64,000 nt of DNA from Escherichia coli (GCF_003334255.1 NZ_QOWU01000024.1), one strand, 5' to 3'; positions 32,451 to 45,272 are shown, numbered from the stretch's first letter. The notes: a model not told the origin generated them from the letters alone. Made by a program: numbers and translations.

Positions 32451-33914
32451 TTAGTTCCACATGGCGAGAATCGGCCAGCCAACCAACAGCAACATAGAGA
32501 TGTAAATCACCCCGAAGATTGCGCCAAGACGCCAGTAATCTTTTGATTTCACATAGCCACAGCCGTAAATAATCACCCCAGGACCGGTTGCATACGGCGT
32601 CAGACAGCCCATGATACCGATAGACAGCACCAGCAGGATACACAGTTGTTCCATTGGTACGCCCGGAATACCTTTACCGACGGCCAGAATAACCGGCAGC
32701 ATGGTTGCGGTGTGCGCAGACAGGCTGGCAAACAGGTAGTGTGCAAAGTAGAACACCAGAACCAGTACAATCACCGTTGCGTTTGGTGAGAATCCTTCCA
32801 GGTGCGTACTCATGGTACCGGCGAACCAGTCAATAAAACCAGAACGAGTCAGGCCGTTAGCCATCACAACCAGAGTTGCCAGGTTGACCAGTGTGTTCCA
32901 TGCGCTGTTATAGCGGGTAATGTCTTTCCAAGGCACAACGTGCAGGGCCAGCATTAGCGAAACTGCCAGCAGACCAACCGCAGTAGCATTAATGACTTCA
33001 CTGCCAAATACCCACAAACCTAAGCTGAGCAATACAAGGCCAATCAGTGTCCACTCTCTGCGTGTCAGCGCACCCATGGTTTTCAGTTCATCACCCGCCC
33101 AGGTTGCCACTTCTTCACTGTGTGTGATTTCCGGTTTGTACAGCACGTAGGAAAGCCACGGCGCAATGATAAGCAAGATAACCCCAACCGGCAGGAAGCA
33201 GAGGAACCACTGCAACCAGCTAATCTGGATACCGGCAATTTTGCTGACGAACTCCAGACCCAGCACGTTTGGTGCCGCACCGGTGACAAACATGGACGAA
33301 CTCAGACTGGTACTAATGACCATCATCCACATCAAATAGCCGCCAATACGACGCGCGGACGGATCGTTCGGGAATGATTTAAACAACGGCGGCAGGTTTT
33401 TAATGACCGGAAAAACCGTACCCCCGGTACGCGCGGTGTTGGAAGGTGTAAACGGTGCCAGCAGAATGTCGATAATGACAATCGCATAACCCAACGTCAG
33501 CGTGCGTTTGCCCATGAATTTCACCAGGAAAAGGGCAATGCGACGACCTAACCCGGAAACTTCATACCCTAATGCAAAAATAAATGCGCCAAATACCAGC
33601 CATACCGTGGTGCTGGAAAAACCAGCCAGGCCCCATTTCAGCGCCTGTTTTTGCGCATTAAACGCTGGGTCAGCTAATTCTTTGGCATCAAAGAGCAGGT
33701 AATTACTGCCAATAACGCAAATAGTAACCGCAATAAAACTGATCGCTGTTGCCGGAATTGGCTCGAGGATCATGCCGACAATCATTGCCACAAACACAGC
33801 GAAGTAATGCCATGCCTGCGGCGGCATACCGTCGGGGACAGGGATAAGAAACATGACACCCATCACCACCAGTGGGGCCAATAGTTTCCATATATTATCT
33901 TTTGCTAAAGACAT
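32451..33914 (-). CDS. citT: Citrate:succinate antiporter
   Basis: 487-aa polytopic membrane ORF recognised as CitT. Confidence 0.9.
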   Translation of the reverse strand: MSLAKDNIWKLLAPLVVMGVMFLIPVPDGMPPQAWHYFAVFVAMIVGMILEPIPATAISFIAVTICVIGSNYLLFDAKELADPAFNAQKQALKWGLAGFSSTTVWLVFGAFIFALGYEVSGLGRRIALFLVKFMGKRTLTLGYAIVIIDILLAPFTPSNTARTGGTVFPVIKNLPPLFKSFPNDPSARRIGGYLMWMMVISTSLSSSMFVTGAAPNVLGLEFVSKIAGIQISWLQWFLCFLPVGVILLIIAPWLSYVLYKPEITHSEEVATWAGDELKTMGALTRREWTLIGLVLLSLGLWVFGSEVINATAVGLLAVSLMLALHVVPWKDITRYNSAWNTLVNLATLVVMANGLTRSGFIDWFAGTMSTHLEGFSPNATVIVLVLVFYFAHYLFASLSAHTATMLPVILAVGKGIPGVPMEQLCILLVLSIGIMGCLTPYATGPGVIIYGCGYVKSKDYWRLGAIFGVIYISMLLLVGWPILAMWN

Positions 33915-33964
33915 ACGGGTTCTCCGAAAATTAATATTTCCAAATTTATCAAGTGCTTAAATAA

Positions 33965-35369
<1,405 letters not shown>

Positions 35370-35372
35370 GGC

Positions 35373-36905
35373 TTATTCCTTCACCTGATGCACAACATCG
35401 ATCACCGAGCCATCGCGGTAACGCACAACGGCAACGACGCGGTCTGTGAATTCAATCGGCTGTGGTTCACCGGTCAGCAGACGCGCACGTTCGCGCAGCC
35501 ACTCAATGGAAACCACTTTAATGCCCGCTTCCTGCAGACGTTCTGCCAGTTCCGGACGTGCCGGGTTAACTGCGATACCGTGGTCTGTGACCAGAATATC
35601 GACACTGGAGCCTGGGGTGATGCAGGTCAGTACGTTATCCACCAGAGTCGGAATACGACCGCGTACCAGCGGCGCGACGATGATGGAAAGCGCAGAGGCA
35701 ATCGCGGTATCGCAGTGACCACCGGAAGCACCACGCAGTACGCCGTCAGAGCCGGTCAGCACGTTAACGTTGAACTGGGTGTCAATTTCCAGCGCGCTCA
35801 GTACCACCACGTCGAGACGATCAACCGATGCGCCTTTCGAACCCCAGTTAGCGTACTGGTTGGCGCTGATTTCGATGTGATTGGGGTTACGGGCCAGCGA
35901 TTGCGCAGCATGGCTGTCAAAGCTCTGCACATCCAGCAGTTTGCGGATCAGACCTTTTTCGTGCAGGTCAACCATCGTCGCGGTAATACCGCCAAGGGCG
36001 AAGTCGGCGCGAATATCGCGGCTACGCATTTTGTCTTCCAGGAAACGGGTTACCGCCAGCGATGCGCCGCCGGTGCCGGTTTGCATGGAGAAACCTTCTT
36101 TGAAGTAGCCAGAGTTGACAATCACATCCGCAGCGCTACGGGCAATAAGCAGTTCGCGCGGGTTAGTGGTCATACGGGTCGCGCCAGCGCCGATTTTTGC
36201 AGCATCGCCAACGCGGTCAACTTTGACGATCAAATCAACCTGATCTTGCTCAATGCTTGCCGGATTATGCGGATAAGGCAGCAGTTCTTCGGTAAGCATC
36301 ACGACCTGTTTTGCGTTGTCGGCATCAACCATTGCATAGCCGAGGGAGCCGCAGCAGGCTTTACCGGTGTAGCCGTTGGCATTACCGAATTCATCACAGG
36401 ACGGGACGCCGAGGAAAGCCACGTCGATATTCAGTTCGCCGCTCTGTACCAGATGCACACGACCGCCGTGAGAGTGGATCTGCACCGGTTCTGCCAGCAG
36501 ACCACGGGAGATCTCTTCCGCCAGTGGACCACGCAGGCCGGAGGTATAAATGCGGGTAACCACGCCCTGGCGAATGTGTTCTACCAGCGGCGCATGGCAA
36601 TCACTCAGGGAGCTGGACGCCAGGGTCAGGTTTTTAAAGCCCATCTTCGCGATGACGTCCATCACCATATTGACGGTCAGGTCACCGCCACGGAAAGCGT
36701 GATGGAAGGAAACCGTCATGCCGTCCTGTAAACCAGAGCGACGAATCGCTTCTTCCAGGTTGGCGCACAGTTTGCGATCGCGCGCTTTTTCAGCCTGGTA
36801 GGTTTGCTTTGGCGAGTTCTGGAAAGCGGCAAGATCGCATTCAGCGCGACGATTCCAGGCCGCTACCCGTTCTTGTCGTTGAGATTGTTCAATTTTCTGC
36901 GTCAT
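35373..36905 (-). CDS. citF: Citrate lyase alpha subunit (citrate CoA-transferase)
   Basis: Start trimmed to MTQKIEQSQRQ (cat at 36903-36905), 510 aa. Confidence 0.9.
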   Translation of the reverse strand: MTQKIEQSQRQERVAAWNRRAECDLAAFQNSPKQTYQAEKARDRKLCANLEEAIRRSGLQDGMTVSFHHAFRGGDLTVNMVMDVIAKMGFKNLTLASSSLSDCHAPLVEHIRQGVVTRIYTSGLRGPLAEEISRGLLAEPVQIHSHGGRVHLVQSGELNIDVAFLGVPSCDEFGNANGYTGKACCGSLGYAMVDADNAKQVVMLTEELLPYPHNPASIEQDQVDLIVKVDRVGDAAKIGAGATRMTTNPRELLIARSAADVIVNSGYFKEGFSMQTGTGGASLAVTRFLEDKMRSRDIRADFALGGITATMVDLHEKGLIRKLLDVQSFDSHAAQSLARNPNHIEISANQYANWGSKGASVDRLDVVVLSALEIDTQFNVNVLTGSDGVLRGASGGHCDTAIASALSIIVAPLVRGRIPTLVDNVLTCITPGSSVDILVTDHGIAVNPARPELAERLQEAGIKVVSIEWLRERARLLTGEPQPIEFTDRVVAVVRYRDGSVIDVVHQVKE

Positions 36906-36915
36906 TTTGATTGCC

Positions 36916-37824
36916 TTATTCTTCGCGGATGCCGGAAAGTTCTGCACGGGAGAGCACCAGACGGGCGCGATCGATAACCGGACCGTCCACCATCTTGCCG
37001 TTCAGGGAAACCACGCCGAGGCCTTCGCGAGCGGCGGCTTCAGCGGCTTCTACGACGCGGCGGGCGTGATCCACTTCTTTCTGGGTCGGTGCGTAGAGGT
37101 TGTGCAGCAGATCAATCTGACGCGGGTTGATCAGCGATTTGCCGTCAAAGCCCAGCTGTTTGATGTGGGCGGCTTCTTGCAGAAATCCGGCTTCGTTGTT
37201 AGCGTCGGAATAGACGGTATCGAACGCCTGAATACCCGCAGAGCGCGCGGCCTGCAAAATGGAACAGCGTGCGAACAGCAGTTCAGTTCCTTCCGGGGAG
37301 CGTTCTGTACGCAGGTTGCGCACATAGTCTTCTGCACCGAGGGCGATACCGATCAAACGCTCGGAAGCGTGAGCGATTTCCACTGCGCGGGTAATCCCCA
37401 GCGGAGATTCAATCGCCGCCAGCAGGCCGGTGCTGCCGGGTTCACGACCACAGGCTTTTTCGATACGCAGGATCTCTTTTTCAATATCCAGAACATCCTG
37501 AGCGGTATCGGTTTTCGGCAGACGCACAACGTCCGCACCACCGCGAACGACGGCTTCCAGGTCGTTAACACCCCATTCGGAATCCAGCGCGTTGACACGC
37601 ACAATGGTTTCAATATCGCGATACAGCGGATGTTGCAGCGCGTGGTAAACCATGCGGCGGGCGGTGTCTTTTTCACGCAATGCTACGGAGTCTTCGAGGT
37701 CAAACATCAGGGCATCAGCCGGGTAGATGAAGGAGTTGCTGACCATCGCGGCATTGGCACCAGGCACAAACAACATGCTGCGGCGGGTGCGAGTTTTACG
37801 TTGTTGCAGCGAAGCGGAAATCAT
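36916..37824 (-). CDS. citE: Citrate lyase beta subunit (citryl-CoA lyase)
   Basis: Start trimmed to [22 protein letters not shown], 302 aa; start overlaps the citD stop. Confidence 0.9.
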
Positions 37825-38117
37825 TGGCAATCCTCCCATGGCAGAGCCGGGATACCGCTGGCGCGTGCCAGCAGGGCTTCCAGTCGTGCACGTAAAATGC
37901 AGTCCAGTGCGCCTTTGTCATCGACATTCAGCTGTACGCCGCGCACGTTGTAGCGGGCGAGAACGTCCAGAATGGTGGTGCGAATTGCATCGCCAAACTG
38001 TTTCTCAACGCTGCTATTGATTTGCAGGTCGATATCCTGCGTATCGAGTGGGGCGATGCGTATCATCACATCCCCAGACTCAAGGGTGCCTGCAACGGCG
38101 GGCTGGTTTATTTTCAT
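37821..38117 (-). CDS. citD: Citrate lyase gamma subunit (acyl carrier protein)
   Basis: 98-aa ORF recognised as CitD. Confidence 0.9.
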
Positions 38118-38131
38118 TTTTCACCTGTTTC

Positions 38132-39190
38132 TCATGCGGGGGTCTTTTGACGAGCTGCCGCGTCCTGGCGGGAGTGCTCAAGCAGGTTCTGCAAATAATG
38201 CAGCGTGACTGCAGGGACCAGCGGCGCGATAGCCGTGAGATCGTTTTTCGCCAGCAGTTGACGTACCCGGGAAGCGGATATCGGCATCTCCTGGTAACGC
38301 AGCCGCTCAATTTCAACCAGTTCGATGGGCGGTGCGGAGATAGTCGGCGTTTCCAGCCAGTAGCGCATATCCTGGTTGTACTGGGCGGTAACGCGACAAA
38401 AGGGTTCAGTACCGACAAAGCGGTGAGTTACACCCAGCGCGGGAGCGAGGTACTGACGGAAAATCTTCAGATCAATTTCGGTGTAACAATGGTTAATGAC
38501 GCTCTGTTCTTTAATGAAGTAGCAAGGGAACGTAGCGCGGGAGATGATGTATTCGGAGCCACGATGCACAGTCAGGCGTGGAATATCGGCGGTGCCTTTT
38601 AACACCAAATCCAGCCGGTCTTCATAGGGGAAGCGTGAAGAATCTTCTTTGACTAAAAACAGATGCAACCAGTCGCACTGTGCCGCAGCCTGTTGAATCA
38701 GATAACGGTGACCATTCGTAAAGGGATTGGCGTTCATCACAATGCAGCCAATCTTGTTCCCTGGATGACGAAATTTTTTCAGCGATTCGGCATAGCGTTT
38801 CAGTCGCGTGGCGCTGTTTTCCATCAGCACCATCACGCCGGGTACGCTGGTCAGCGTGGAAAAACCGCACTGGCGGAACAGCGCCTCGTATTCGGTTTTG
38901 GTATAAATAAACAGATGCGTGCTGTGCCGCTCATAGGCGAGGTTTATCAATTCAGTGGCTAATGTCAGCGCCAGTCCTTCACCGCGGACGGATTCACTGA
39001 TAGCAACGCATTTAATAATATTTCCGGCAATTCCACCGCACGCGATAAGCTTTTCATCGCGGGTTACGGTAATAAATACTTCGACTGTGGTGTCAACGCT
39101 CAAATCATTTTCATGCAGGAATTGGGCGATTTCCGCCATTTTTTTATTTTCTGAACGTTTTACGCGGGTGAAAATATCATTGCCGAACAT
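38132..39190 (-). CDS. citC: [Citrate (pro-3S)-lyase] ligase
   Basis: Start trimmed to MFGNDIFTRVKRSENKKMAEIAQF (cat at 39188-39190), 352 aa. Confidence 0.85.
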   Translation of the reverse strand: MFGNDIFTRVKRSENKKMAEIAQFLHENDLSVDTTVEVFITVTRDEKLIACGGIAGNIIKCVAISESVRGEGLALTLATELINLAYERHSTHLFIYTKTEYEALFRQCGFSTLTSVPGVMVLMENSATRLKRYAESLKKFRHPGNKIGCIVMNANPFTNGHRYLIQQAAAQCDWLHLFLVKEDSSRFPYEDRLDLVLKGTADIPRLTVHRGSEYIISRATFPCYFIKEQSVINHCYTEIDLKIFRQYLAPALGVTHRFVGTEPFCRVTAQYNQDMRYWLETPTISAPPIELVEIERLRYQEMPISASRVRQLLAKNDLTAIAPLVPAVTLHYLQNLLEHSRQDAAARQKTPA

Positions 39191-39568
39191 AATAAATAGT
39201 ATCCTGAAGGTGCATGTTGTTATCGATTTGCAACGAATGTTGTTCAATGTTGCAAACTGATAACCTTTTATTTTCACTTGGGAGAAAGGGGGTGATCGAG
39301 GTATATCTTTTTCTCCTTTCGCTATACATCCTAAGGAGTATTTCGGCGTGAAATTTTGATTTATTTCACATAGAGTTAGTGGTTTTTTATTTATTTAATG
39401 ATTTTAAGTTTTTTAATTAATGTAATTACGAAATGACTCGCAGGTTTAAGTGATTTAATTGATTTAATGAATAAAATTTGCCACGATCATAATTAATATC
39501 TATGTATTTTGATTCAACATTTTAATTACATCCGTCAAAGAGGCTCGGGACAACCCGCAAGGAAAACA
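39191..39568. promoter_or_regulatory. AT-rich divergent control region between the citC operon and dpiBA
   Basis: 378-bp strongly AT-rich intergenic region between divergent operons; specific sites not resolved from sequence. Confidence 0.4.
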
Positions 39569-41227
39569 ATGTTGCAGCTTAACGAGAATAAACAGTTTGC
39601 ATTTTTCCAAAGACTGGCATTTCCGCTGCGTATCTTTTTGCTGATTCTGGTGTTCTCAATATTTGTCATTGCAGCCCTGGCGCAATATTTTACGGCCAGT
39701 TTTGAGGACTATTTAACGCTTCATGTACGCGACATGGCAATGAATCAGGCGAAAATTATTGCCTCCAATGACAGTGTCATCTCTGCGGTGAAAACGCGTG
39801 ACTACAAACGGCTGGCGACCATCGCTAACAAATTACAAAGAGATACCGATTTTGATTATGTGGTGATTGGGGACCGGCACTCGATCCGCCTTTACCATCC
39901 TAATCCGGAGAAAATTGGTTATCCTATGCAGTTCACCAAACAGGGCGCGCTGGAGAAAGGGGAGAGCTACTTCATTACCGGGAAAGGGTCAATGGGGATG
40001 GCGATGCGCGCCAAAACGCCAATCTTTGATGACGATGGAAAAGTCATCGGCGTGGTGTCGATTGGCTACCTGGTGAGTAAAATCGATAGCTGGCGGGCTG
40101 AGTTTTTATTACCGATGGCAGGTGTGTTTGTCGTGCTGTTAGGGATTCTGATGTTGCTGTCGTGGTTCCTGGCCGCGCATATCCGTCGGCAGATGATGGG
40201 CATGGAGCCAAAGCAAATCGCACGCGTGGTCCGTCAGCAAGAGGCGCTGTTTAGTTCGGTTTATGAAGGGCTGATTGCGGTGGATCCGCATGGTTACATT
40301 ACCGCCATCAATCGTAACGCAAGAAAGATGCTGGGGCTGAGTTCCCCCGGACGGCAATGGTTGGGTAAACCCATTGTTGAAGTGGTCAGGCCCGCCGATT
40401 TCTTTACCGAACAGATTGATGAAAAACGTCAGGATGTGGTGGCGAACTTTAACGGTCTGAGCGTTATTGCCAACCGGGAAGCTATTCGTTCAGGTGATGA
40501 TTTGCTGGGGGCCATTATCAGCTTTCGTAGTAAAGACGAAATTTCCACCCTCAATGCGCAACTGACGCAAATAAAACAATACGTTGAGAGCCTTCGTACA
40601 TTGCGACACGAGCATCTCAATTGGATGTCGACGCTCAATGGTCTGTTGCAGATGAAAGAGTATGATCGCGTGCTGGCGATGGTGCAGGGGGAGTCTCAGG
40701 CCCAGCAACAGCTTATTGACAGCCTGCGCGAGGCGTTTGCCGATCGCCAGGTGGCGGGGCTGCTTTTTGGTAAAGTGCAGCGCGCCCGGGAACTGGGGCT
40801 AAAAATGATCATTGTCCCCGGTAGCCAGCTTTCGCAACTGCCGCCAGGACTGGATAGCACCGAGTTTGCAGCCATTGTGGGCAATTTACTTGATAACGCC
40901 TTCGAAGCCAGCCTGCGTAGCGATGAAGGAAACAAGATCGTTGAATTATTCCTCAGCGATGAAGGCGATGATGTGGTGATTGAAGTCGCCGATCAGGGCT
41001 GCGGCGTTCCAGAGTCTCTACGAGACAAAATATTTGAGCAGGGGGTCAGTACGCGTGCTGACGAGCCCGGTGAACATGGCATTGGGTTGTACTTGATTGC
41101 CAGCTACGTAACGCGCTGCGGTGGTGTTATCACTCTCGAAGATAATGATCCCTGCGGTACCTTATTTTCAATCTATATTCCGAAAGTGAAACCTAATGAC
41201 AGCTCCATTAACCCTATTGATCGTTGA
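39569..41227 (+). CDS. dpiB: Citrate-sensing histidine kinase
   Basis: Start trimmed to MLQLNENKQFAFF, 552 aa; two transmembrane segments flanking a periplasmic domain, then a kinase core. Confidence 0.9.
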   Translation: MLQLNENKQFAFFQRLAFPLRIFLLILVFSIFVIAALAQYFTASFEDYLTLHVRDMAMNQAKIIASNDSVISAVKTRDYKRLATIANKLQRDTDFDYVVIGDRHSIRLYHPNPEKIGYPMQFTKQGALEKGESYFITGKGSMGMAMRAKTPIFDDDGKVIGVVSIGYLVSKIDSWRAEFLLPMAGVFVVLLGILMLLSWFLAAHIRRQMMGMEPKQIARVVRQQEALFSSVYEGLIAVDPHGYITAINRNARKMLGLSSPGRQWLGKPIVEVVRPADFFTEQIDEKRQDVVANFNGLSVIANREAIRSGDDLLGAIISFRSKDEISTLNAQLTQIKQYVESLRTLRHEHLNWMSTLNGLLQMKEYDRVLAMVQGESQAQQQLIDSLREAFADRQVAGLLFGKVQRARELGLKMIIVPGSQLSQLPPGLDSTEFAAIVGNLLDNAFEASLRSDEGNKIVELFLSDEGDDVVIEVADQGCGVPESLRDKIFEQGVSTRADEPGEHGIGLYLIASYVTRCGGVITLEDNDPCGTLFSIYIPKVKPNDSSINPIDR

Positions 41228-41876
41228 GGACGAAACGCCGCTGGCAGAGATGCATGCGGAATATATTCGTCACATTCCCGGATTCAGTCAGATATTACTG
41301 GCGGGAAATCTGGCGCAGGCCCGAATGATGATCGAGCGTTTTAAGCCGGGGCTAATCTTGCTCGATAACTATCTTCCTGACGGTAGAGGGATTAATTTAC
41401 TGCATGAACTGGTGCAGGCGCATTATCCCGGCGACGTGGTGTTTACCACTGCAGCCAGCGATATGGAAACGGTGTCTGAAGCCGTACGTTGTGGTGTATT
41501 TGATTATCTCATTAAGCCCATTGCCTATGAACGGCTGGGGCAAACGCTAACCCGTTTCCGCCAGCGTAAACATATGCTGGAAAGTATTGATAGCGCCAGC
41601 CAGAAGCAAATTGATGAGATGTTTAATGCTTATGCTCGCGGTGAACCTAAGGACGAGCTACCGACCGGCATTGACCCCTTGACGCTAAACGCGGTGCGAA
41701 AACTGTTTAAAGAGCCTGGTGTGCAACATACGGCAGAAACGGTGGCGCAGGCACTGACCATCAGCCGCACCACTGCCAGGCGTTATCTTGAATATTGCGC
41801 CAGCCGCCATCTGATTATTGCTGAAATTGTTCACGGCAAAGTTGGCAGACCACAACGCATATACCACAGTGGGTGA
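41196..41876 (+). CDS. dpiA: Response regulator of the DpiBA (CitAB) two-component system
   Basis: 226-aa ORF with receiver domain (LIVEDE, LLDNYLPDG); 32-nt overlap with dpiB. Confidence 0.9.
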   Translation: MTAPLTLLIVEDETPLAEMHAEYIRHIPGFSQILLAGNLAQARMMIERFKPGLILLDNYLPDGRGINLLHELVQAHYPGDVVFTTAASDMETVSEAVRCGVFDYLIKPIAYERLGQTLTRFRQRKHMLESIDSASQKQIDEMFNAYARGEPKDELPTGIDPLTLNAVRKLFKEPGVQHTAETVAQALTISRTTARRYLEYCASRHLIIAEIVHGKVGRPQRIYHSG

Positions 41877-41916
41877 CATGATAAAGCCGGAGGAAACTTG
41901 CCTCCGGCATTACTAT

Positions 41917-43302
41917 TTACTTGCCTGTGACCGCTGCTGCCGTTCCTGGCACCATCAGCTCTGTAGCAACGATAACAATCACCAAACCAACAAGCACCGG
42001 TACCGAGGTGCGTTTTACGACTTCAAACGGCGAGATCTTCGCCATCCCGGCAACCGCAACGACTACGCCAGAAACGGGCGAAAGGGTACGGCCAAGGTTT
42101 GACGCCTGCAGCATCGGGATAGTCAAATACGCCGGGTTAATGCCGGAAGAGTGCGCCAGTTTCGGGATCATCTCAACAAACGCATAAAACGGCGCATTGC
42201 CTGAACCGGTCGTGACTGCCGCCAGCATTGTCAGAATCACCAATACCAGCATCAGGATGATACTCGCCGAACCAAACGAGGTAGCGATAGAAATCAGACT
42301 TTGAATAAAGCCGATGGTGCTAAGCCCCTGAGCGAATACCCCAGCGGCAACCAGCAGCATCACCACGTTAGCAAACGCATCTGCCATCCCGCGATAAGCC
42401 ACTTCCAGACCAGAGAAAACTTTCTGGGTATTAAAGCTGCGGAGGAACTCCAGAATGGAGGCAATCAGCATACAAATCACCAGAATAGTGATGATGTGTA
42501 ATTGCGGACCCCATTTACCGTCAAAAATCAGTACACCGATGATCGGCGTGAACGGCAAAATGGCATAAAACGCAGGAGCAGTGGTGGTGATTTCACTGAC
42601 ATCTAACATTTCATGAGAGATGTGCTCTTTTTTATCCAGATAACGTTGCCAGAAGAAGTGGGCGATCGCCATGCCGATAATTGCAGCAATTGAGATAGGC
42701 AGCGTCGTTTTGAAGGCGAAGTCAATCAGCGACATTTCGGAAGCTTGCGCCGCCAGCACCACATCCCCTGAAGTCGGTGCGAGAATAATCGCCGCCGGGG
42801 AGGCACAAATGGCAGCAGCTGCGCCACGACTGATACCAACGTTTACCATCACCGGAAATAGGGTTGCCATCAGCAAAACACCCAGACCGGTTGCGGAAGA
42901 GACGGCCAGAGACATCAGACAGGCGACAAAATAGGCGGCAATCATCAGCAGGTAAGGGGAGTTAATATACTGCAATGGTTTTGACGCCAGCTTGACCACC
43001 ATATCATTCGCGCCGATATGGGTCATGTAAGCGGCAAATCCACACAGCATCATAATCATCATGCCGAGGTCGCCGCCGCGGCTCATTAGTAATATTTTAA
43101 CGTATTCAACGATATCCGTGGCGCTGTAGCCTGTTGAAGCCTGGCTGGACGGTAACACTTTGTGCCCCATAATGGCACTGATAATCAGCAATAACAGGCC
43201 ACCGATAAATAACACACCAGTGGCGGAATACCCTTTAATGATGTAGCGAGCTACACCCACAATAACCACAACCCCAATAAGGAGCTCAATGAATGTCAGC
43301 AT
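41917..43302 (-). CDS. dcuC: Anaerobic C4-dicarboxylate transporter
   Basis: 461-aa polytopic membrane ORF recognised as DcuC; intact, with no insertion. Confidence 0.9.
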   Translation of the reverse strand: MLTFIELLIGVVVIVGVARYIIKGYSATGVLFIGGLLLLIISAIMGHKVLPSSQASTGYSATDIVEYVKILLMSRGGDLGMMIMMLCGFAAYMTHIGANDMVVKLASKPLQYINSPYLLMIAAYFVACLMSLAVSSATGLGVLLMATLFPVMVNVGISRGAAAAICASPAAIILAPTSGDVVLAAQASEMSLIDFAFKTTLPISIAAIIGMAIAHFFWQRYLDKKEHISHEMLDVSEITTTAPAFYAILPFTPIIGVLIFDGKWGPQLHIITILVICMLIASILEFLRSFNTQKVFSGLEVAYRGMADAFANVVMLLVAAGVFAQGLSTIGFIQSLISIATSFGSASIILMLVLVILTMLAAVTTGSGNAPFYAFVEMIPKLAHSSGINPAYLTIPMLQASNLGRTLSPVSGVVVAVAGMAKISPFEVVKRTSVPVLVGLVIVIVATELMVPGTAAAVTGK

Positions 43303-43391
43303 AATTTTTCCTGTCTCCAGGCCCCAAAGTAAATAATAAAAAATTCCTAAAGCTTAAGGAAAAAATATGCCCAATAAATTGGCGATGAATG

Positions 43392-43405
43392 CTGATTAAA
43401 ATCAA
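43392..43405 (-). promoter_or_regulatory. Candidate FNR-type site upstream of dcuC
   Basis: Minus-strand TTGATtttaATCAg matches 9 of 10 positions of the FNR consensus TTGAT-N4-ATCAA, about 90 bp upstream of the dcuC start codon. Confidence 0.35.
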
Positions 43406-43890
43406 GAAAAACTGCCATTAAGACATTGAAGTTGCTGTTTTTATACATAGATAACAAAACGCATATTTAGCGGTTGGCAATTATCACATAATAATGTGTG
43501 CAAATTGATGGTGGATTGATGCAAATTTGTTAATTGCAATGGTGTTAGCTGCGGCTGTGCGCTCAAAAAATAATCTAATATGAGCATAGGTTGACGATAT
43601 ATATTATATACTTCGTTAAGATGATTGTTGTATCTCGTTAAAAAATAAAATAATTTTTCCTTGATTGCATTTTGTCATCAAAAAAGACTTGGTTTTTCTT
43701 TTTTGACTATTCCCATCGCAGAAAACGACGCATCATCTTTAATCGATGCGCGGAAATATTTAACTTGAACAAGCGGAAATAAATAGAGCAGCTATTCAGA
43801 TTATTCTTTATGTTGGGTCTATTAAGGTTATGTTAATTGTAGCTTTGCTATGCTAGTAGTAGATTTTTGATAAATGTTTTATGGTCACAA

Positions 43891-44451
43891 ATGAACGTGA
43901 GTAAATATGTCGCTATCTTTTCCTTTGTTTTTATTCAGTTAATCAGCGTTGGTAAAGTTTTTGCTAACGCAGATGAGTGGATGACAACGTTTAGAGAAAA
44001 TATTGCACAAACCTGGCAACAGCCTGAACATTATGATTTATATATTCCTGCCATCACCTGGCATGCACGTTTCGCTTACGACAAAGAAAAAACCGATCGC
44101 TATAACGAGCGACCGTGGGGTGGCGGTTTTGGCCTGTCGCGTTGGGATGAAAAAGGAAACTGGCATGGCCTGTATGCCATGGCATTTAAGGACTCGTGGA
44201 ACAAATGGGAACCGATTGCCGGATACGGATGGGAAAGTACCTGGCGACCGCTGGCGGATGAAAATTTTCATTTAGGTCTGGGATTCACCGCTGGCGTAAC
44301 GGCACGCGATAACTGGAATTACATCCCTCTCCCGGTTCTACTGCCATTGGCCTCCGTGGGTTATGGCCCAGTGACTTTTCAGATGACCTACATTCCGGGT
44401 ACCTACAACAATGGCAATGTGTACTTTGCCTGGATGCGCTTTCAGTTTTGA
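43891..44451 (+). CDS. pagP: Outer-membrane lipid A palmitoyltransferase
   Basis: Start trimmed to [17 protein letters not shown] (signal peptide), 186 aa; recognised as PagP (CrcA). Confidence 0.9.
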   Translation: MNVSKYVAIFSFVFIQLISVGKVFANADEWMTTFRENIAQTWQQPEHYDLYIPAITWHARFAYDKEKTDRYNERPWGGGFGLSRWDEKGNWHGLYAMAFKDSWNKWEPIAGYGWESTWRPLADENFHLGLGFTAGVTARDNWNYIPLPVLLPLASVGYGPVTFQMTYIPGTYNNGNVYFAWMRFQF

Positions 44452-44625
44452 GACAAATGAAGTTTTAGTAACTTCTTTAAAATCAATAGCTAAAATAAGT
44501 AACATCAAAAATAACGCGACTTTTATCACTTTTTAGTAAAGTTACACTGGACAAAGCGTACCACAATTGGTGTACTGGTAACCGACACAGCATTTGTGTC
44601 TATTTTTCATGTAAAGGTAATTTTG

Positions 44626-44835
44626 ATGTCTAAGATTAAAGGTAACGTTAAGTGGTTTAATGAGTCCAAAGGATTCGGTTTCATTACTCCGGAAGACGGC
44701 AGCAAAGACGTGTTCGTACACTTCTCTGCAATCCAGACTAATGGTTTTAAAACTCTTGCTGAAGGTCAGCGCGTAGAGTTCGAAATCACTAACGGTGCCA
44801 AAGGCCCTTCTGCTGCAAACGTAATCGCTCTGTAA
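44626..44835 (+). CDS. cspE: Cold-shock-domain protein E
   Basis: Start trimmed to [20 protein letters not shown] (RNP1 motif), 69 aa. Confidence 0.95.
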
Positions 44836-44854
44836 GATACGTCAGCAAGAATTC

Positions 44855-44884
44855 AAAACCCGCTTAATCAGCGGGTTTTTTTTG
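44855..44884. terminator. Bidirectional rho-independent terminator between cspE and crcB
   Basis: aaaacccgc ttaatca gcgggttttttttgg: 6-bp GC stem flanked by an A-run and a T-run, between convergent genes. Confidence 0.75.
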
Positions 44885-44888
44885 GTCT

Positions 44889-45272
44889 TTAGTGTGCGGT
44901 TGAGGCCGAAAACAGCCAGAATGCCAGTGCGGTCATGGCAAAAGACCCCAGAAGGTTGACGAAAACGTTCAGTAATGCCCAGCCAAAGCGGCCCTCTTGT
45001 AACAAAAACACCACTTCTGCCGAAAATGTTGAGAAGGTTGTTAGACCGCCACAAAATCCGGTGGTGATTAATACTTTCCACACTGGATCAATGTTCGTCA
45101 TCCTGCTGAACCATGCGAATCCTATTCCTATGATGAATGCCCCAATCAGGTTTGCTGTCAGCGTCCCCAACGGAATCGCCTGATGCAGTGGGTTAAATCG
45201 CATACTTAACAGCCATCTCGCCACGCTTCCCGTACCACCGCCAATAAAAACTGCTAAAAGAAGTTGTAACAC
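44889..45272 (-). CDS. crcB: Fluoride ion channel (Fluc)
   Basis: 127-aa membrane ORF recognised as CrcB. Confidence 0.9.
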   Translation of the reverse strand: MLQLLLAVFIGGGTGSVARWLLSMRFNPLHQAIPLGTLTANLIGAFIIGIGFAWFSRMTNIDPVWKVLITTGFCGGLTTFSTFSAEVVFLLQEGRFGWALLNVFVNLLGSFAMTALAFWLFSASTAH

